Shown piece by piece: positions 9,115 through 21,346 of a stretch of DNA of 64,000 nucleotides. A program made the translations under genes and the position numbers. A model generated the notes under the pieces. That model was not told where the DNA came from and searched no databases. It worked only from the letters and a program-made list of their open reading frames with translations. Source of the DNA: a bacterium (GTDB taxonomy: Bacteria > Bacteroidota > Ignavibacteria > UBA10030). The first letter of the stretch is position 1, and the number at the start of each line of letters is the position of its first letter. The stretch lies in the NCBI GenBank assembly GCA_043803945.1, contig JAZDJN010000018.1:27657-91656 (forward strand). Reading direction: 5' to 3'.

Positions 9115-9789
9115 TTACTTGCTCTTCTTTTCTGGCAAAGAGGTGGATTTCTCCGTGTAATAAATCACCAGGCGCCCGGAAAGTTTCGATACGTCAACTT
9201 CCACTTTAGATTGATTAAGCACATCTCTTCCCTCTTTTTCCCCGACTATGATGAATTCGACATTTTGTGACTTCTTCCTCGATTGATCTCTTACGAACTG
9301 AGTCACAGAGAAAATCACGGCTTCGTCCTTCCTTTTTCCTTTCGCTCTCTCCTGTTGCACAACATCAACCGGATGCAACATCGCCGTGTGAAGTATCGCA
9401 TTCTTTGAGGAATGGATATCAAGCCACGAGCCGCTTTGAGGTACGCTCTTCTCATCAAATCCAAGAACTGAAAGAAGAACAGGGGTATGGGATTTGTTCA
9501 AGAGACCCTTTGGGACTTCAAGAGTATCCCGAACAAGCATACGACTGGTATCCTTTTTAACAGGCATCTCGAACTGCTGATCAAGAATGAGGAACACATT
9601 ATCGATGTGTGCATTGTCAGGAATTTCCGGTATGCGGAATTTTACTCTCAACTGGTACTCCCCATCTCCGGCCGGTTTTCCAATCCGGGTAACCGGACTG
9701 CTCTTTACCTCTTTCACCTCTGCAGATATAATGCCCACCTGGAGAGCCAGTCCAAGCAAGATTATGAGTGTATACTTTAAAATTTTCAT
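9115..9789 (-). CDS. Secreted hypothetical protein, possible DNRLRE/CBM96-like beta-sandwich
   Basis: Signal peptide; pattern KFRIPEIP..AHI..V.L / FSVTQFV / GRLVIYY resembles DNRLRE domains. Confidence 0.5.
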   Translation of the reverse strand: MKILKYTLIILLGLALQVGIISAEVKEVKSSPVTRIGKPAGDGEYQLRVKFRIPEIPDNAHIDNVFLILDQQFEMPVKKDTSRMLVRDTLEVPKGLLNKSHTPVLLSVLGFDEKSVPQSGSWLDIHSSKNAILHTAMLHPVDVVQQERAKGKRKDEAVIFSVTQFVRDQSRKKSQNVEFIIVGEKEGRDVLNQSKVEVDVSKLSGRLVIYYTEKSTSLPEKKSK

Positions 9790-9804
9790 ATGTGCCTCGC
9801 CTTC

Positions 9805-12800
9805 TTACTTAGCAACGATCATTTTTCTAATGTTGACATAGGGGTTTTTGTGCTCGTCGGATGTTGACGTCGCAATTAAACGATAGAGATAGACACCGCT
9901 CGCCACTTGCTGACCGTTCCTGTCTTTCCCGTCCCATCGTACGAAGTGAAACCCTGCCCTCTGCGCATCTTCCAGAAGCGTTCGGATTTCTTTGCCAAGC
10001 AGGTTATAGATCTTCATGCTAATATTGCTCTCCGTCGGTAAAGCATATTGAACAATTGTTTCGGGATTGAACGGATTGGGGTGGTTCTGATTCAGAGCGA
10101 ATTCAGTTGGTATATTATCTATACTGTTTTTATCAGCCATCATCAAGGTATCCAACATGCTCCGCTTAGCGAATACTCCACCGTAATGGTTCTGAATTTC
10201 GCTTGCCGACAGAGCGCGGTTGTAGATTCTTACTTCGTCGAGAAGTCCGCTGTAGTAATTCGGGTAACACCAGTCGAGTTTCTTTCCCATTCCAACATCG
10301 CCGGCCCAGGATCCATAATTCAGATTACCAGCATTGATCACATTCTGATTGTTCAACTGCCCATTGATATAAATCTTTTGTGTCGTCCCATCATAAGTGA
10401 CAACTATGTGATACCAGGAATTTACCGAGATTGGGGATGTCGATACAAGGAGAGCGTACTGGCCAGTGACCGTGTAAACCGCCGACCGCACATATCCATT
10501 TATCAGATCAAAACCGTAGGGCCACCCGCAGCCGCAACCGCCATTAGCTTGTGCGATGACCTGATTGCAAGAGCCCAGCGAATATGGTTTTATCCAGGCC
10601 TCTATAGAAATGTTAGATGGTTGGAGACTTGTCGATTGCGGGACGAATACATAACTGCTTGTCCCGTTGAATTCGATGGCTTGACTAATTCTTCCGGTTG
10701 TAAAGCTTACGCCGAAATTCTGTCCATTATTACCATAGGAAGATCAATCACTCGTGTTTCCATTGAACGACCAGTAGGCAACTATATCGCTTGGTGGTGG
10801 ACATCCGGATCCCCCTGTGCCAGCTCCATACGGTCCTGTTCTAACCACAGGAATGTCTGAGAATGGTACATAGGAAACCGGACCGTACATTCTTATTGGA
10901 ATATCGCTGGTCGGACAGATTCCCCACCAGTTGTTGGGGCAAGAAACAGTAATTGGATTATTTCCTGCATCCTTTGCGCAATTCCAGGTGTTCCAATTGT
11001 TCGAGGTAAAATTATTGTAACTGTATTGATTACCCGATGTGGGCGGTGTAGTGCTGTAACCGAGATATACCCCCTCTGTAAAGTTCTTTATCTCATTTTT
11101 TATGATGGTACCTGGCGCTTGGCTCAATGCAAATATTGCAATGCTTCCACCATCGATGAGGTTATACTCAATGGAAGGAGATCCATAGGTTAGGATTCCA
11201 TAACACCCGGAGCGCGGCGTAAGAGTATTATGTTTGACCTGAATGTTTGATGCAGATGAATATATTTCGACACAATAATTACAATCATTAATATTATTAC
11301 CTCCGTTGTTGCCCGAGTTTTGACCTATTGTAGAGATTGCATCTTCATTTACCGAAACACCTGCGTTCATGCCCGATATGATGTTTGAGAAAACATTCAC
11401 ATTGGTACCCCCGCCGCGGAGATATATTCCCGATGGTACGTACGAGTCTTGAGTGACAGAGATTGTATTATTCTGTATAAGGGGGTAGAGATTTGATCAC
11501 AATAAATTCCCTGCTCGGCAAACTGGGTTATCTGACAGGACTGGATTGTTCCACCGGATGGTGTGCCATCATCACTTTTCGACAGGTATATTCCCTTCGT
11601 ATTACTTTGGAATGAAACACCCGAAATCGATGGTGACGAACCGATAACGGTCGCTCCATAAGAACAGCTATTTGAGCACCCACCCTGGATTATCGCATTT
11701 GCCCTTTGCACTCTGTACCCTTCATAAGAATTCTGAATGCTATTCTGCTGCAGAGTAACGTTGTTCGACGTTGTTCCATTGAGGTTTGCAATCGTGATTC
11801 CAAAACTTTTATTCGAAGCATCTGAGCCATAACCTGTAAATGTGTTGCCATTGATTGTTATCGTACTAGAGGCTGAATTATAGATTTGCACACCGTAGCT
11901 CCAGGGCGAAGTTGCGAGACTGGTAAATGTGCAATTTGAAACCGAGATATTACCTGCATTATTTCCGTAGATACCTCGTGCTGCATGAGAGATGTCTGTG
12001 TATTGAATGTTGCCCGTACCGCCATTGAGGAAGCAGATAACAGCTCCTTCGTAGTCGTTTATGCCGGCTCCGGAATTACCGCCGTCGATTGTGATGTGCT
12101 GATTTGAAGTCCCTTGGGCAGTGAGGTTACCATTAACACTGAGTGATGCATTGGAGGAGAAGGCGATATTAGTGCCTGGATTAACCATAAGCGTAATACC
12201 GCTATTGACGGTTGCGTCCATTATAATGGAGATCGATCCCGACCATACCGTATTCTGATCGACATTGGACCCTGTCGTAAATGACCTGTATGGTGACCAC
12301 TCGCCCGTTCCAATAGAGTTTGTGGCGTTGACCCTCCAATAGTATGTTGTATTCGTAACAAGACCTGGTACAGCAAACGAGGTCGAAGTAAGGCCGCTCT
12401 GGTCAAATGGAGTTGATGAAAAAGTGGAGTTTGTTGAAAGTTGTATGCGATACGATGTTGCTCCAGGTGAAGCATTCCAGCTTAACGTAGGAGCGGTAGA
12501 AACATTTGTTGCACCATTTACAGGGGAAATAAGTGTGGGGGCGGCGGGAAGAGCAAGTTCAATTTTGTAAAGCCTTCCTTCGCCAGGGTCAAGAGTTGCT
12601 ACAAAACTTCCGTTGATCGGGATGATCGAATTATTCCCCGAGAGCAGATCCGTCACCTTCTTGGATTCGGTATTGCCGAGAGAGACAGTCACGATCCGAC
12701 TCTCCGTGCTCAGTGTCCGGCGATTAACCACAAACAGATATGGATCGCCGCCCGCAGTGAAATGCCCCGTCTCCACATATTTTGTTTCGCCAGATATGTT

Positions 12801-14546
12801 TGTGGTCACGTTATTTACATAGTAAGGCCAGTTTTCAGTTGTGGAGTTATTGTGCCAGCTCTTAGTGCCAAGCCAGGTAAGGTTTAACAATGTTGGTCCC
12901 TGGATGGCGAGCTTTTGATTAAGAGCCTTGACACCTTCCCATTTGTTATCGCCATACGGATTGGTTTCTCTTTTTGTCCCATCGAGATTTGTCATTCCGA
13001 TACCACTTATCCGATCAGCCTGTGATTCATATGATCTGTAGAGGAAGTATTGTATTCCTTTCGCACCATATGCAATAGCCAGGTTTGCCTGAAGATTTAT
13101 TTCCTGTACTGTAGGTTCCCGCTGATCACCATTCCATATACCGTTTTCAAAGTTCTTCCAGGAGTGAGCCTGAGCTTGATACCAGAAATTCCTGTTAAGA
13201 GCTTTTGAATGCTTGATATTGATTGCGAGTTTATCGATAAGATAGGTCTGAATCCAATTTTGAATAGTTGAGGTGTATCCCGGTTGATCGGGCAATGGGG
13301 ACTTCGATGGGTCTGCCTTAAAAGGATAAATATCAGCGGTGTTCTGCAGGTTATTGGTAATAACGATGTTTCTCTTCACCATTCGATCAGGGATTCCAAC
13401 GTTCTCATCATAACCAATATTGTAATGGAATCCCCGTTTTTCTGAGTTTTCAGCGGTGAGCCAAGATCGGATGATATTGTCAACATAACCAACGAGAGGC
13501 CAGTGCGGAGGTGTAGGTTCATCGTTGATCTTGAATCGGCTAAGTTTTGGGTTGCTTTGAAATAGATTGACTTCTTCGCGGATAGCAATATCGTTTGTGC
13601 CTATAAATAAACTATTGCTTGTACTATCATCGATTGCAAGATAATCAACATAACAGGAGACCAGGCCTGGCCAGTAAAGCTGGTAATCATAAGCTGTATT
13701 ACTTACTGCAGAGATCACTTCATCGGGCCGACCTGTTGCGTATCCGATGAGATCACGCGGAGGTATATGGCTGACCTCTATTTCGTTGATGCTTTCGTAA
13801 GGTCCTAAAGATTTACCGACAGGCATTTTTCGAAATGAGAGCGAGGGGATCTCTCTATAATTATAATCGTTGAACTCATCTGCAAAAACAGTGTCGACCA
13901 TTGTGGTATCAGCCCGTACAGCCTGAATAACAAGTACGGGTGTGTGATTAAACGATGTACCTGGATTAAGACGCATCCTTACTTTGAGATAATACTTAAT
14001 TGAATCTGGTTGTTCACTACTAAGTAATAAATTTTTTGCTATGAAGCCTGCGAGACCGCCTACCGTTTCCCATGCGTTGGGTGCTGAACCATCAAGTTCT
14101 ACATCAGCATCTTTCTTTGCTGGAGGGGTTTGAATTTGATCAATCACACTACTACCTATCCTGCCAGTAAAGTTTGGGTAATGTTGATCATATTCTGGAT
14201 GATATACCCAGCGATGACCATCTGTGAAGCGTGAGAATCTGTATCCGAATATGATCAAATCGACTGGCGAGTTTCCCAAAGCGGTTGTTACCGAGTTGTA
14301 ATAATCCTGTATGTTCACTCTCTCGGGCAAAGCAATCATTCCACAGTTAACTCCGAGCGAAGCAAGCATGTTCCACTCCGCCTGAGTTGGAATGATGTTA
14401 GTGTATGGCTCTCTGGGTGGTTTTGTTATCCAATCAACACCAATAATAAATTTAGATTGGGTTTGGGTCTGCGCTTCTACACTTGTATTCGCAAGAGGAA
14501 GGAGGAGTAGAAGCAAGATCGAGTGTATGTATATGTTCCGTTTCAT
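9805..14546 (-). pseudogene. Large secreted multidomain protein (putative TIM-barrel hydrolase + Fn3 + beta-helix + LamG + T9SS CTD), interrupted by a frameshift and an in-frame stop
   Basis: ORFs 11397-14546, 10744-11400 and 9805-10491 join into one reading frame if one base is added to the G5 run at 11481-11485 and TGA 10744-10746 is read through; signal peptide MKRNIYIHSILLLLLL; CTD QNHPNPFN. Confidence 0.8.
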
Positions 14547-14766
14547 TGTATTTCTCCCTTGATAAATCGTACGTAAAAAGGTATTATAAAAACGGAAAGC
14601 CCTCGCGGATGTCTTAACATCCGGGAAGATGCATTTCTTCTCCATTTGTCTGGCGGACAAGCAAGCAGGAATCATTTTTCACTCCGATCATCGATCGGAG
14701 TCGAGGGCTATGCTTTATTAAATGATATTCAGCTCATATGAATCACCTCCTTGCCTTAACTCTCAT

Positions 14767-15762
14767 TCATTTCAACAACATTGTCTTTCTTGAAGCAATG
14801 GTTTTCGAATCAATAATCAACTTATAGAAATAGACACCTGATGACAACATTACCCCTCTTTGATCTTTTCCATCCCAAGTTATTTTATAATGTCCTTCCC
14901 CCTGCACCTTATTGACAAGCTTTCGAACTTCCTTACCAAGAGAATCATAGATGATTAGTACGACATAAGTTTGTTTGGAAAGAGAATATTCAATTGTTGT
15001 TGATGGATTGAATGGGTTTGGGTAATTTTGCTTAAGTGAATAGTACGAGGGTTTTTCTGTTTCTTCTCTGATACCGGAAAATGACTTATCACCACTTAGA
15101 ACAATAAAATATCCTCTCGATAATGCATAGGTTAATTCTCCTAATGCAAGGTCATCGAGGCCATCCCCGTTAACATCACCTACTCCACTTACCTCTAAAA
15201 GGCTTTGTCCCATCAGTCGAACTGCGATGGGTCTTGTCGGCTGATTTGATTTAGCAATATAAATAAGCACGCCAGGTGATCCATATGATCCCGTATAAAT
15301 AAAATAATCTTCAATTCTATCGCCATTAAAATCACCAATATTACTAGCTAATGAACCCAATCCTTGGAAAAACGTCGTATCGGGATTTGGATATATAATA
15401 TCAGGGGTCCATCTTATAGAATCCCTTCTACCAAGGAATAGATATCCAACTTGTCTACCTGGAGTACCACAATAGAGATCCTTAATTATATCACCATTAA
15501 CATCAACAAAATTAAACGAATAAAGATATGTTAGACCGTTAATAAGACGTGAGTCAAGCTGCTGATTGAAGGCTGTTTTTTTGTAAGTCCATCCATTTTT
15601 ACCATAAAAGATATCTAATAATGCAAATCCTCTACGATCATTAGTACTAATACCAAGGTCGACAATTCCATCGCCGTTCACATCTGCAATTTGGACAGAA
15701 AAACCATAAAATGAACCGATTGTATCCCCGACAGCAGTGAAGTTAGGAATATTACTTAGTGT
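14767..15762 (-). pseudogene. 5'-truncated FG-GAP repeat protein with T9SS C-terminal domain
   Basis: DVNGDG/DFNGD repeats and QNYPNPFN CTD; the frame stays open up to the IS end (TLSNIPNFTAVGDTIGSFYGFSVQIADVNGDG) with no start codon or signal peptide. Confidence 0.75.
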
Positions 15763-16943
15763 GTGATGTTACGCAAAATTGAAATAATCGTATATTTGAA
15801 CACAGCCCAAAGAGTGAAACTATGTAACTGGTGAAATTAATCGAAGGATAGCCCATGGACAAGAAACTCCTTCAATTATATGTTGATGGTCTTCTGAGTA
15901 CTTTTTCCCGTTCAACGGCGACATCGTTTTCAGCACTCGTTGAGCGAGAATACAGCCATGACGCTATCACTCGATTTTTATCGAGCGATGATTTCACCGC
16001 TCGCGATCTTTGGTATCAGGTAAAATCCATTGTACGGTCAATCGAAAGTCCGTACGGTGTTTTAATTGTTGATGATAGTATCTCCCACAAACCATACATG
16101 GACGAAAATGAAATTGTGGGATGGTATTATGATCATACAAGTGGTAAAAGTATCAAGGGTGTTAATATCGTTTCTGTTATGTATCACAGCCAAGGTCTTT
16201 CCATCCCGGTGTCGTTCACGATCGTGAAAAAATCAAAAATGATCGTTGATTCGAAAACCGGTAAAGAAAAACGTGTGAGCGTCGAAACCAAGAATGAACA
16301 TTTTCGAACAATGCTTGCTCAGTGTAGGAAAAATATGCGATTTCGTTATGTATTAAGCGATGTTTGGTACGCATCAGTCGAAAATATGAAATACATTAAA
16401 AATATTTTGCACCGAGATTTTGTGATGCCGTTGAAAACAAATCGCAAAGTCGCATTATCTGCGGCAGAGAAACGCGCTGGTAACTATGTAACAGTCGAGA
16501 CACTACTACCCAAAGAAAATGAACACATCACAGTATATCTTGAAGGGCTGACCTTTCCGGTCTCGCTTATTCGACACGTCTATAAAAACAAAGACGGCTC
16601 AGTGGGTGTGTTGTACCTTTGTTGTAGTGATAGAACACTTACATATCAGCATATCATCGACCTCTATCAAAAACGATGGAAGATCGAAGAGTACCATAAA
16701 GCACTAAAACAACAATGTGCGTTGTCTGTATCACCTGCTCATACGGTGAGGACACAATCGTCACATATATTTTGTTCTCTCTGTGCATTTGTAAAACTTG
16801 AACTGATGCACAGAATAACCGCGGTCTCATATGAAGGGTTAAAACTCAATCTGCATTTACATGCACTGAAAACCGCATTCAAGCATTTGAGATCTCTTCA
16901 ACCGATCGATTGGACCGCAAAACCTATTTTTGCGTAACATCAG
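15763..16943 (+). mobile_element. IS701-family insertion sequence
   Basis: 15-bp terminal inverted repeats TGATGTTACGCAAAA (15764-15778 / 16928-16942) enclosing a DDE transposase. Confidence 0.85.
15855..16937 (+). CDS. IS701-family DDE transposase
   Basis: VLIVDDS...KPY, VLSDVWY and RWKIEEYHKALKQ; the stop codon lies inside the right IR. Confidence 0.9.
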   Translation: MDKKLLQLYVDGLLSTFSRSTATSFSALVEREYSHDAITRFLSSDDFTARDLWYQVKSIVRSIESPYGVLIVDDSISHKPYMDENEIVGWYYDHTSGKSIKGVNIVSVMYHSQGLSIPVSFTIVKKSKMIVDSKTGKEKRVSVETKNEHFRTMLAQCRKNMRFRYVLSDVWYASVENMKYIKNILHRDFVMPLKTNRKVALSAAEKRAGNYVTVETLLPKENEHITVYLEGLTFPVSLIRHVYKNKDGSVGVLYLCCSDRTLTYQHIIDLYQKRWKIEEYHKALKQQCALSVSPAHTVRTQSSHIFCSLCAFVKLELMHRITAVSYEGLKLNLHLHALKTAFKHLRSLQPIDWTAKPIFA

Positions 16944-16959
16944 ATCATAAAATAAAAAA

Positions 16960-17142
16960 GAGGCTGACTAAAAAGAATACTTACGGTCTGTCATTCCGGC
17001 AATCTTTTAGCCGGAATCCAGAAAAATGCTTAACTAAGGCACTGGACACCGGATTAAGGCCCGACTTCGTCGAGGTCTCGTCTCGATCATTGATCGAGAC
17101 GGACATTCTGGTGTGACACATCATTTCTTTTTGGACAGCCCC
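16960..17142. mobile_element. MITE-like palindromic element
   Basis: Imperfect TIRs GAGGCTGACTAAAAAG / CTTTTTGGACAGCCCC around a REP-like TGTCATTCCGGC..GCCGGAATCCAG..CTGGACACCGG..TGACA core. Confidence 0.55.
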
Positions 17143-17158
17143 TTCAGGGTTTATTACG

Positions 17159-17569
17159 TTACCGAATCAACCGTCGATGCTCAACGGCAATACAGAGATT
17201 CATAACGACATTCAGGCCGGCTTCTTCCGCTTTCTTCGCAGCTTCATGATTGACAACCTCCAACTGCATCCAGATCGTCTTCGCACCGATTTTGATCGCC
17301 TCTTCAACAATCGGCATCACCTCTTCCGAACGGCGGAAGATATCGACGAGATCAACCTGCTCAGGGATCGATCGGAGATCGGGATAGCAGCGCGCACCAT
17401 TGACCTCATCGTAATTCGGATTAACGGGAAATATAGTATATCCCCGTGCCTGGAGGTGACTGGCAATTGCACCGCTGTCACGCCACGGCTTGGGCGAGAC
17501 ACCAACAATGGCTATTGTCTTTGTTTGCAGCAGTATCTCTTTCAGCGTTTCTTTATCATCAATCGGCAT
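17159..17569 (-). CDS. CoA-binding protein (YccU-like)
   Basis: IAIVGVSPKP.R.S, PVNP, VDLVDIFR and IWMQ motifs. Confidence 0.9.
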   Translation of the reverse strand: MPIDDKETLKEILLQTKTIAIVGVSPKPWRDSGAIASHLQARGYTIFPVNPNYDEVNGARCYPDLRSIPEQVDLVDIFRRSEEVMPIVEEAIKIGAKTIWMQLEVVNHEAAKKAEEAGLNVVMNLCIAVEHRRLIR

Positions 17570-17592
17570 TTGAATGCAGCCCTATTCGTCTG

Positions 17593-20487
17593 TTATCGAT
17601 ATTCTTCGATGGGCGGACATAAACACACCACATTCCGATCACCATACGTATTATTGATCCGGCTGGAGGGCGGCCAGAATTTCCGCTTTTTCAATCCGGG
17701 TACAGGAAACACTGCTTTTATGCGTGTGTACTTATGTGTCCAATCGTCGCGCATGGCCTCCAAGGCAGTGTGCGGAGCATTTTTCAACACGTTATCAGTC
17801 TTATCTGCTTTGCCATCGATGATCTCCTGAATCTCCGATCGAATTTCAGCAAGAGCCTCAATGAATCGATCCAGCTCATATTTCGATTCGCTCTCTGTCG
17901 GTTCAATCATTAACGTACCCGGAACAGGGAACGAAACTGTCGGTGCATGGAAAGCATAATCCATCAACCGTTTCGCAATATCCTCCACCTCAATATTCGC
18001 ATCGTTCTTAAATCCTTTGGTATTGAGAATGAATTCATGAGCCACTCTGCCATTCTTTCCCTGATACAGTACCGGATAGTATTTTTCCAGTTTCGACTTC
18101 AGGTAGTTCGCATTGAGAATGGCATACTTCGTCGCATTCGTCAATCCTTCAGCACCAAGCATACGGATGTACGCGTAGGAGATCAGAGTAATATTGGCAC
18201 TTGACCAAGGTGCCGATGCAACGGCATCAATGGCTTTCTCGCCGCCGGTTTTTACCACCGGATGTCCTGGCAAGTACGGCGCAAGCTGTGATGTCACGCA
18301 GATGGGCCCCATTCCAGGACCGCCGCCGCCATGCGGAATGGCAAACGTTTTATGCAGGTTGATATGACAGACATCCGCACCTATCTCTGCGGGGCTGGTG
18401 AGCCCGACCTGGGCATTCATATTCGCACCATCCATGTAGACGAGTCCGCCATTGTCATGGATAATCTTACAAAGCTCTTTAATCTGTTCCTCAAATACAC
18501 CATGCGTAGAAGGATAGGTCACGATTAATGCAGCGAGTGTCTCCTTGTTCGCTTCTGCCTTTGCTTTCAGATCCGTGAGATCTATATTTCCCATTTCGTC
18601 ACAATTCACCACGATGACTTTGAATCCCGCCATCACAGCACTGGCTGGATTTGTCCCATGCGCAGATGAGGGAATGAGTGCCACGGTTCGCTTGCTGTCC
18701 CCCCGATCATGATGAAAGGCGCGAATGACCATCAATCCGGTGAATTCTCCCTGTGCTCCGGAATTTGGCTGCAGCGACGCGGCGGCAAATCCGGTAATTT
18801 CACACAAGGCCAATTCCATCTCCGAAAAGATCTGGAGATACCCTTCGGCCTGATCCAACGGAACAAAGGGATGGATCCGGGCAAATTCGGGCCAGCTGAC
18901 CGGAAGAAGTTCTGTGGCCGCATTCATTTTCATGGTACAGGATCCAAGAGGAATCATCGATTGCGTCAGAGAAAGATCCCGCGCCTCCAGTGACTTGATG
19001 TACCTCATCATTTCCATTTCGGAGTGATACTGTGAAAAGACAGGATGCTGCAAGTAGGCGCTTGTTCGTGTAAAGAATGGCGGCAGGGTAAGATTCCACT
19101 CCTTGTACTGAACGGCAAGGTCAACCGTTTTCGCGGTCATCCCCTTTGCCTGAGCGAAGATATTCAGCAGAGCAGCGACATCTTCGAGTTGGGTTGTTTC
19201 ATCGAGAGAGATGCCGATAGAGTGGTCGTTGATCTTCCGCAAATTATAACCAGCCGTAACAGCAAGCTGCAAAATTGTTGCGGTGGATTCTTTTCCGTCG
19301 GTGGTGAGTTTCAAAGTATCAAAATACACTTCATTTGTCTGAGTATAACCGAGCGTTTTCAATTCGGCGTTCAGCACGGTTGTAAGAAAATGCACCCGTG
19401 TTGCAATGTTCTTAATACCCTCGGGGCCATGATACACAGCATACATTCCCGCCATGATGGCGAGCAGTGCCTGGGCTGTGCAAATATTCGACGTTGCTTT
19501 CTCTCTCCGTATATGCTGTTCACGGGTTTGCAATGTCATCCTGTAAGCCCTGTTGTTCTGTGCATCAATTGAGACACCGATAATTCTTCCGGGGAGGGAG
19601 CGAATGTATTCATTCCTGGTTGCAAAGAATCCGGCATGCGGTCCGCCAAATCCCATCGGCACTCCGAAGCGCTGCGAATTCCCAACAACGATATCGGCAC
19701 CGAACTCTCCAGGGGGAGTCAATAGTGCCAGACTGAGCAGATCGGAAGCGACCACCACCAATCCGCCGGACTTGTGGACGTGTTCGATGAACGTTCGATA
19801 ATCCAGAACAGAACCATCCTCCGCAGGGTACTGGATGTGCGCGCCAAAAAAAGTTGAATCGATCTTCACCGTGCGGTAATCTCCGACAACGATTTCAATT
19901 CCCACGGCAGAGGCGCGGGTTTTCATAACGGAAAGAGTTTGGACGAAGACCGTGTTGGAAACAAAGAACTTGATTGAGGGGTGATCGGAACCGGCTTTAT
20001 TAACGAGCCCGTAAACCATCGTCATTGCCTCAGCGGCGGCAGTACCTTCATCCAGAAGCGAGGCATTAGCCACCGGCAAGCCGGTCATGTTTGCAACCAT
20101 CGTCTGATAATTCAGCAACGCTTCCAGGCGCCCCTGTGAAATTTCTGCCTGATAGGGTGTGTACTGTGTATACCATCCTGGATTCTCAAATATATTTCGC
20201 TGAATGACCGTTGGGAGAATGCAATTGAAATATCCCTGACCAAGGTAAGAATTCATGACTTTATTCTTTTTTGCCATCTCCCGGAGCAGCGTGAGAACCC
20301 GATACTCGCTAATTGGTGCAGGAAGATTGTAGCGCCTGGTGGATCGTATGGATTGCGGTACTGTCTCGTCGATCAGTTGATCGAGAGAACTGACACCGAT
20401 GACTTCCAGCATTGCGCTCAGATCATCCGGACCGGGTCCGATGTGGCGCCGCTGAAAATTGTTTTCTTGGAAAATTGATGTATTCAT
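17593..20487 (-). CDS. gcvP: Glycine dehydrogenase (decarboxylating), P protein
   Basis: [36 protein letters not shown] and HINLHKTF (PLP lysine); 964 aa. Confidence 0.98.
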   Translation of the reverse strand: MNTSIFQENNFQRRHIGPGPDDLSAMLEVIGVSSLDQLIDETVPQSIRSTRRYNLPAPISEYRVLTLLREMAKKNKVMNSYLGQGYFNCILPTVIQRNIFENPGWYTQYTPYQAEISQGRLEALLNYQTMVANMTGLPVANASLLDEGTAAAEAMTMVYGLVNKAGSDHPSIKFFVSNTVFVQTLSVMKTRASAVGIEIVVGDYRTVKIDSTFFGAHIQYPAEDGSVLDYRTFIEHVHKSGGLVVVASDLLSLALLTPPGEFGADIVVGNSQRFGVPMGFGGPHAGFFATRNEYIRSLPGRIIGVSIDAQNNRAYRMTLQTREQHIRREKATSNICTAQALLAIMAGMYAVYHGPEGIKNIATRVHFLTTVLNAELKTLGYTQTNEVYFDTLKLTTDGKESTATILQLAVTAGYNLRKINDHSIGISLDETTQLEDVAALLNIFAQAKGMTAKTVDLAVQYKEWNLTLPPFFTRTSAYLQHPVFSQYHSEMEMMRYIKSLEARDLSLTQSMIPLGSCTMKMNAATELLPVSWPEFARIHPFVPLDQAEGYLQIFSEMELALCEITGFAAASLQPNSGAQGEFTGLMVIRAFHHDRGDSKRTVALIPSSAHGTNPASAVMAGFKVIVVNCDEMGNIDLTDLKAKAEANKETLAALIVTYPSTHGVFEEQIKELCKIIHDNGGLVYMDGANMNAQVGLTSPAEIGADVCHINLHKTFAIPHGGGGPGMGPICVTSQLAPYLPGHPVVKTGGEKAIDAVASAPWSSANITLISYAYIRMLGAEGLTNATKYAILNANYLKSKLEKYYPVLYQGKNGRVAHEFILNTKGFKNDANIEVEDIAKRLMDYAFHAPTVSFPVPGTLMIEPTESESKYELDRFIEALAEIRSEIQEIIDGKADKTDNVLKNAPHTALEAMRDDWTHKYTRIKAVFPVPGLKKRKFWPPSSRINNTYGDRNVVCLCPPIEEYR

Positions 20488-20504
20488 GATGGTTGAGGTA
20501 TTTG

Positions 20505-21311
20505 CTATGGGGTGGAGTGATTGTTGATTTTATCCAAAGCCTGGGCTGCGGCTGCCTGTTCAGCATCTTTTTTGCTGCGTCCGGTGCCGGTGCCAAGACT
20601 ATCTGTTCCGATAAACACTTCGACGGTAAATCGCCGGTCATGGTCTGGTCCCTCTTCGCGCAGAACCGTGTACCGTGGAATCCCGAGCGTATGGGCCTGA
20701 GCATATTCCAGCAATGTGCTCTTATAGTTGTCGTCAAGAAGAGCCACTGCCATGGTACTCTGATTGGAGAGGATGGTCCGGTTCACAAAACTCTGTGCAC
20801 GTTCCATACCTCCATCGACGCAGATGGCACCGATGGTCGCTTCATAAGCATCTGCGAGAATTGATTCCGAGCCGCCTTCGATCGACTGCAGTGCACTCGA
20901 ACTCAGCAGAAGAAATTCATGGAGCTGTAATTCCCGTGCACGCTGTGCGAGGACCCTTCGGTTCACGAGCCGGGATCGAATTTTTGTCATCTCGCCCTCT
21001 TCACGAACAGGGAGGAGAGAGTAGACATATTCAGCAACAAGAAAATTGAGTACGGCATCACCGAGGTATTCCAATCGTTCATTGGAACGCCAGTCGCCGG
21101 TTATATACTGGAGGTACGATCGATGAATCAGCGATTCGATGAAGAGTTTCCAATCTTTCGGTTGATAGCCGATGGTACGTTGATAACGGTAAAAGTCGAA
21201 GGGCTTTGCCTGAGCAGCAATAACGGCCAGCACTTCCGCCGATGGTGGGTGGAAGTTTTTTCTCGGCGAGAAAAAACGCTCTATAATGTTATTGAGGATC
21301 TCGGCGAACAC
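20505..21311 (-). CDS. rnc: Ribonuclease III
   Basis: [12 protein letters not shown] signature and C-terminal dsRBD. Confidence 0.95.
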   Translation of the reverse strand: MFAEILNNIIERFFSPRKNFHPPSAEVLAVIAAQAKPFDFYRYQRTIGYQPKDWKLFIESLIHRSYLQYITGDWRSNERLEYLGDAVLNFLVAEYVYSLLPVREEGEMTKIRSRLVNRRVLAQRARELQLHEFLLLSSSALQSIEGGSESILADAYEATIGAICVDGGMERAQSFVNRTILSNQSTMAVALLDDNYKSTLLEYAQAHTLGIPRYTVLREEGPDHDRRFTVEVFIGTDSLGTGTGRSKKDAEQAAAAQALDKINNHSTP

Positions 21312-21346
21312 ACCAGCCTCGTTACCCTACAACCACAACGCGACGT

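Noticed and set aside
10744-10746. In-frame TGA as selenocysteine or genetic-code reassignment
   Set aside because: The position is not a Cys/redox site, no SECIS-like hairpin was recognised, and TGA is a normal stop in many genes of this window.
10048-10860. 270-aa plus-strand ORF
   Set aside because: Antisense to the LamG part of the split giant gene; no recognisable motifs.
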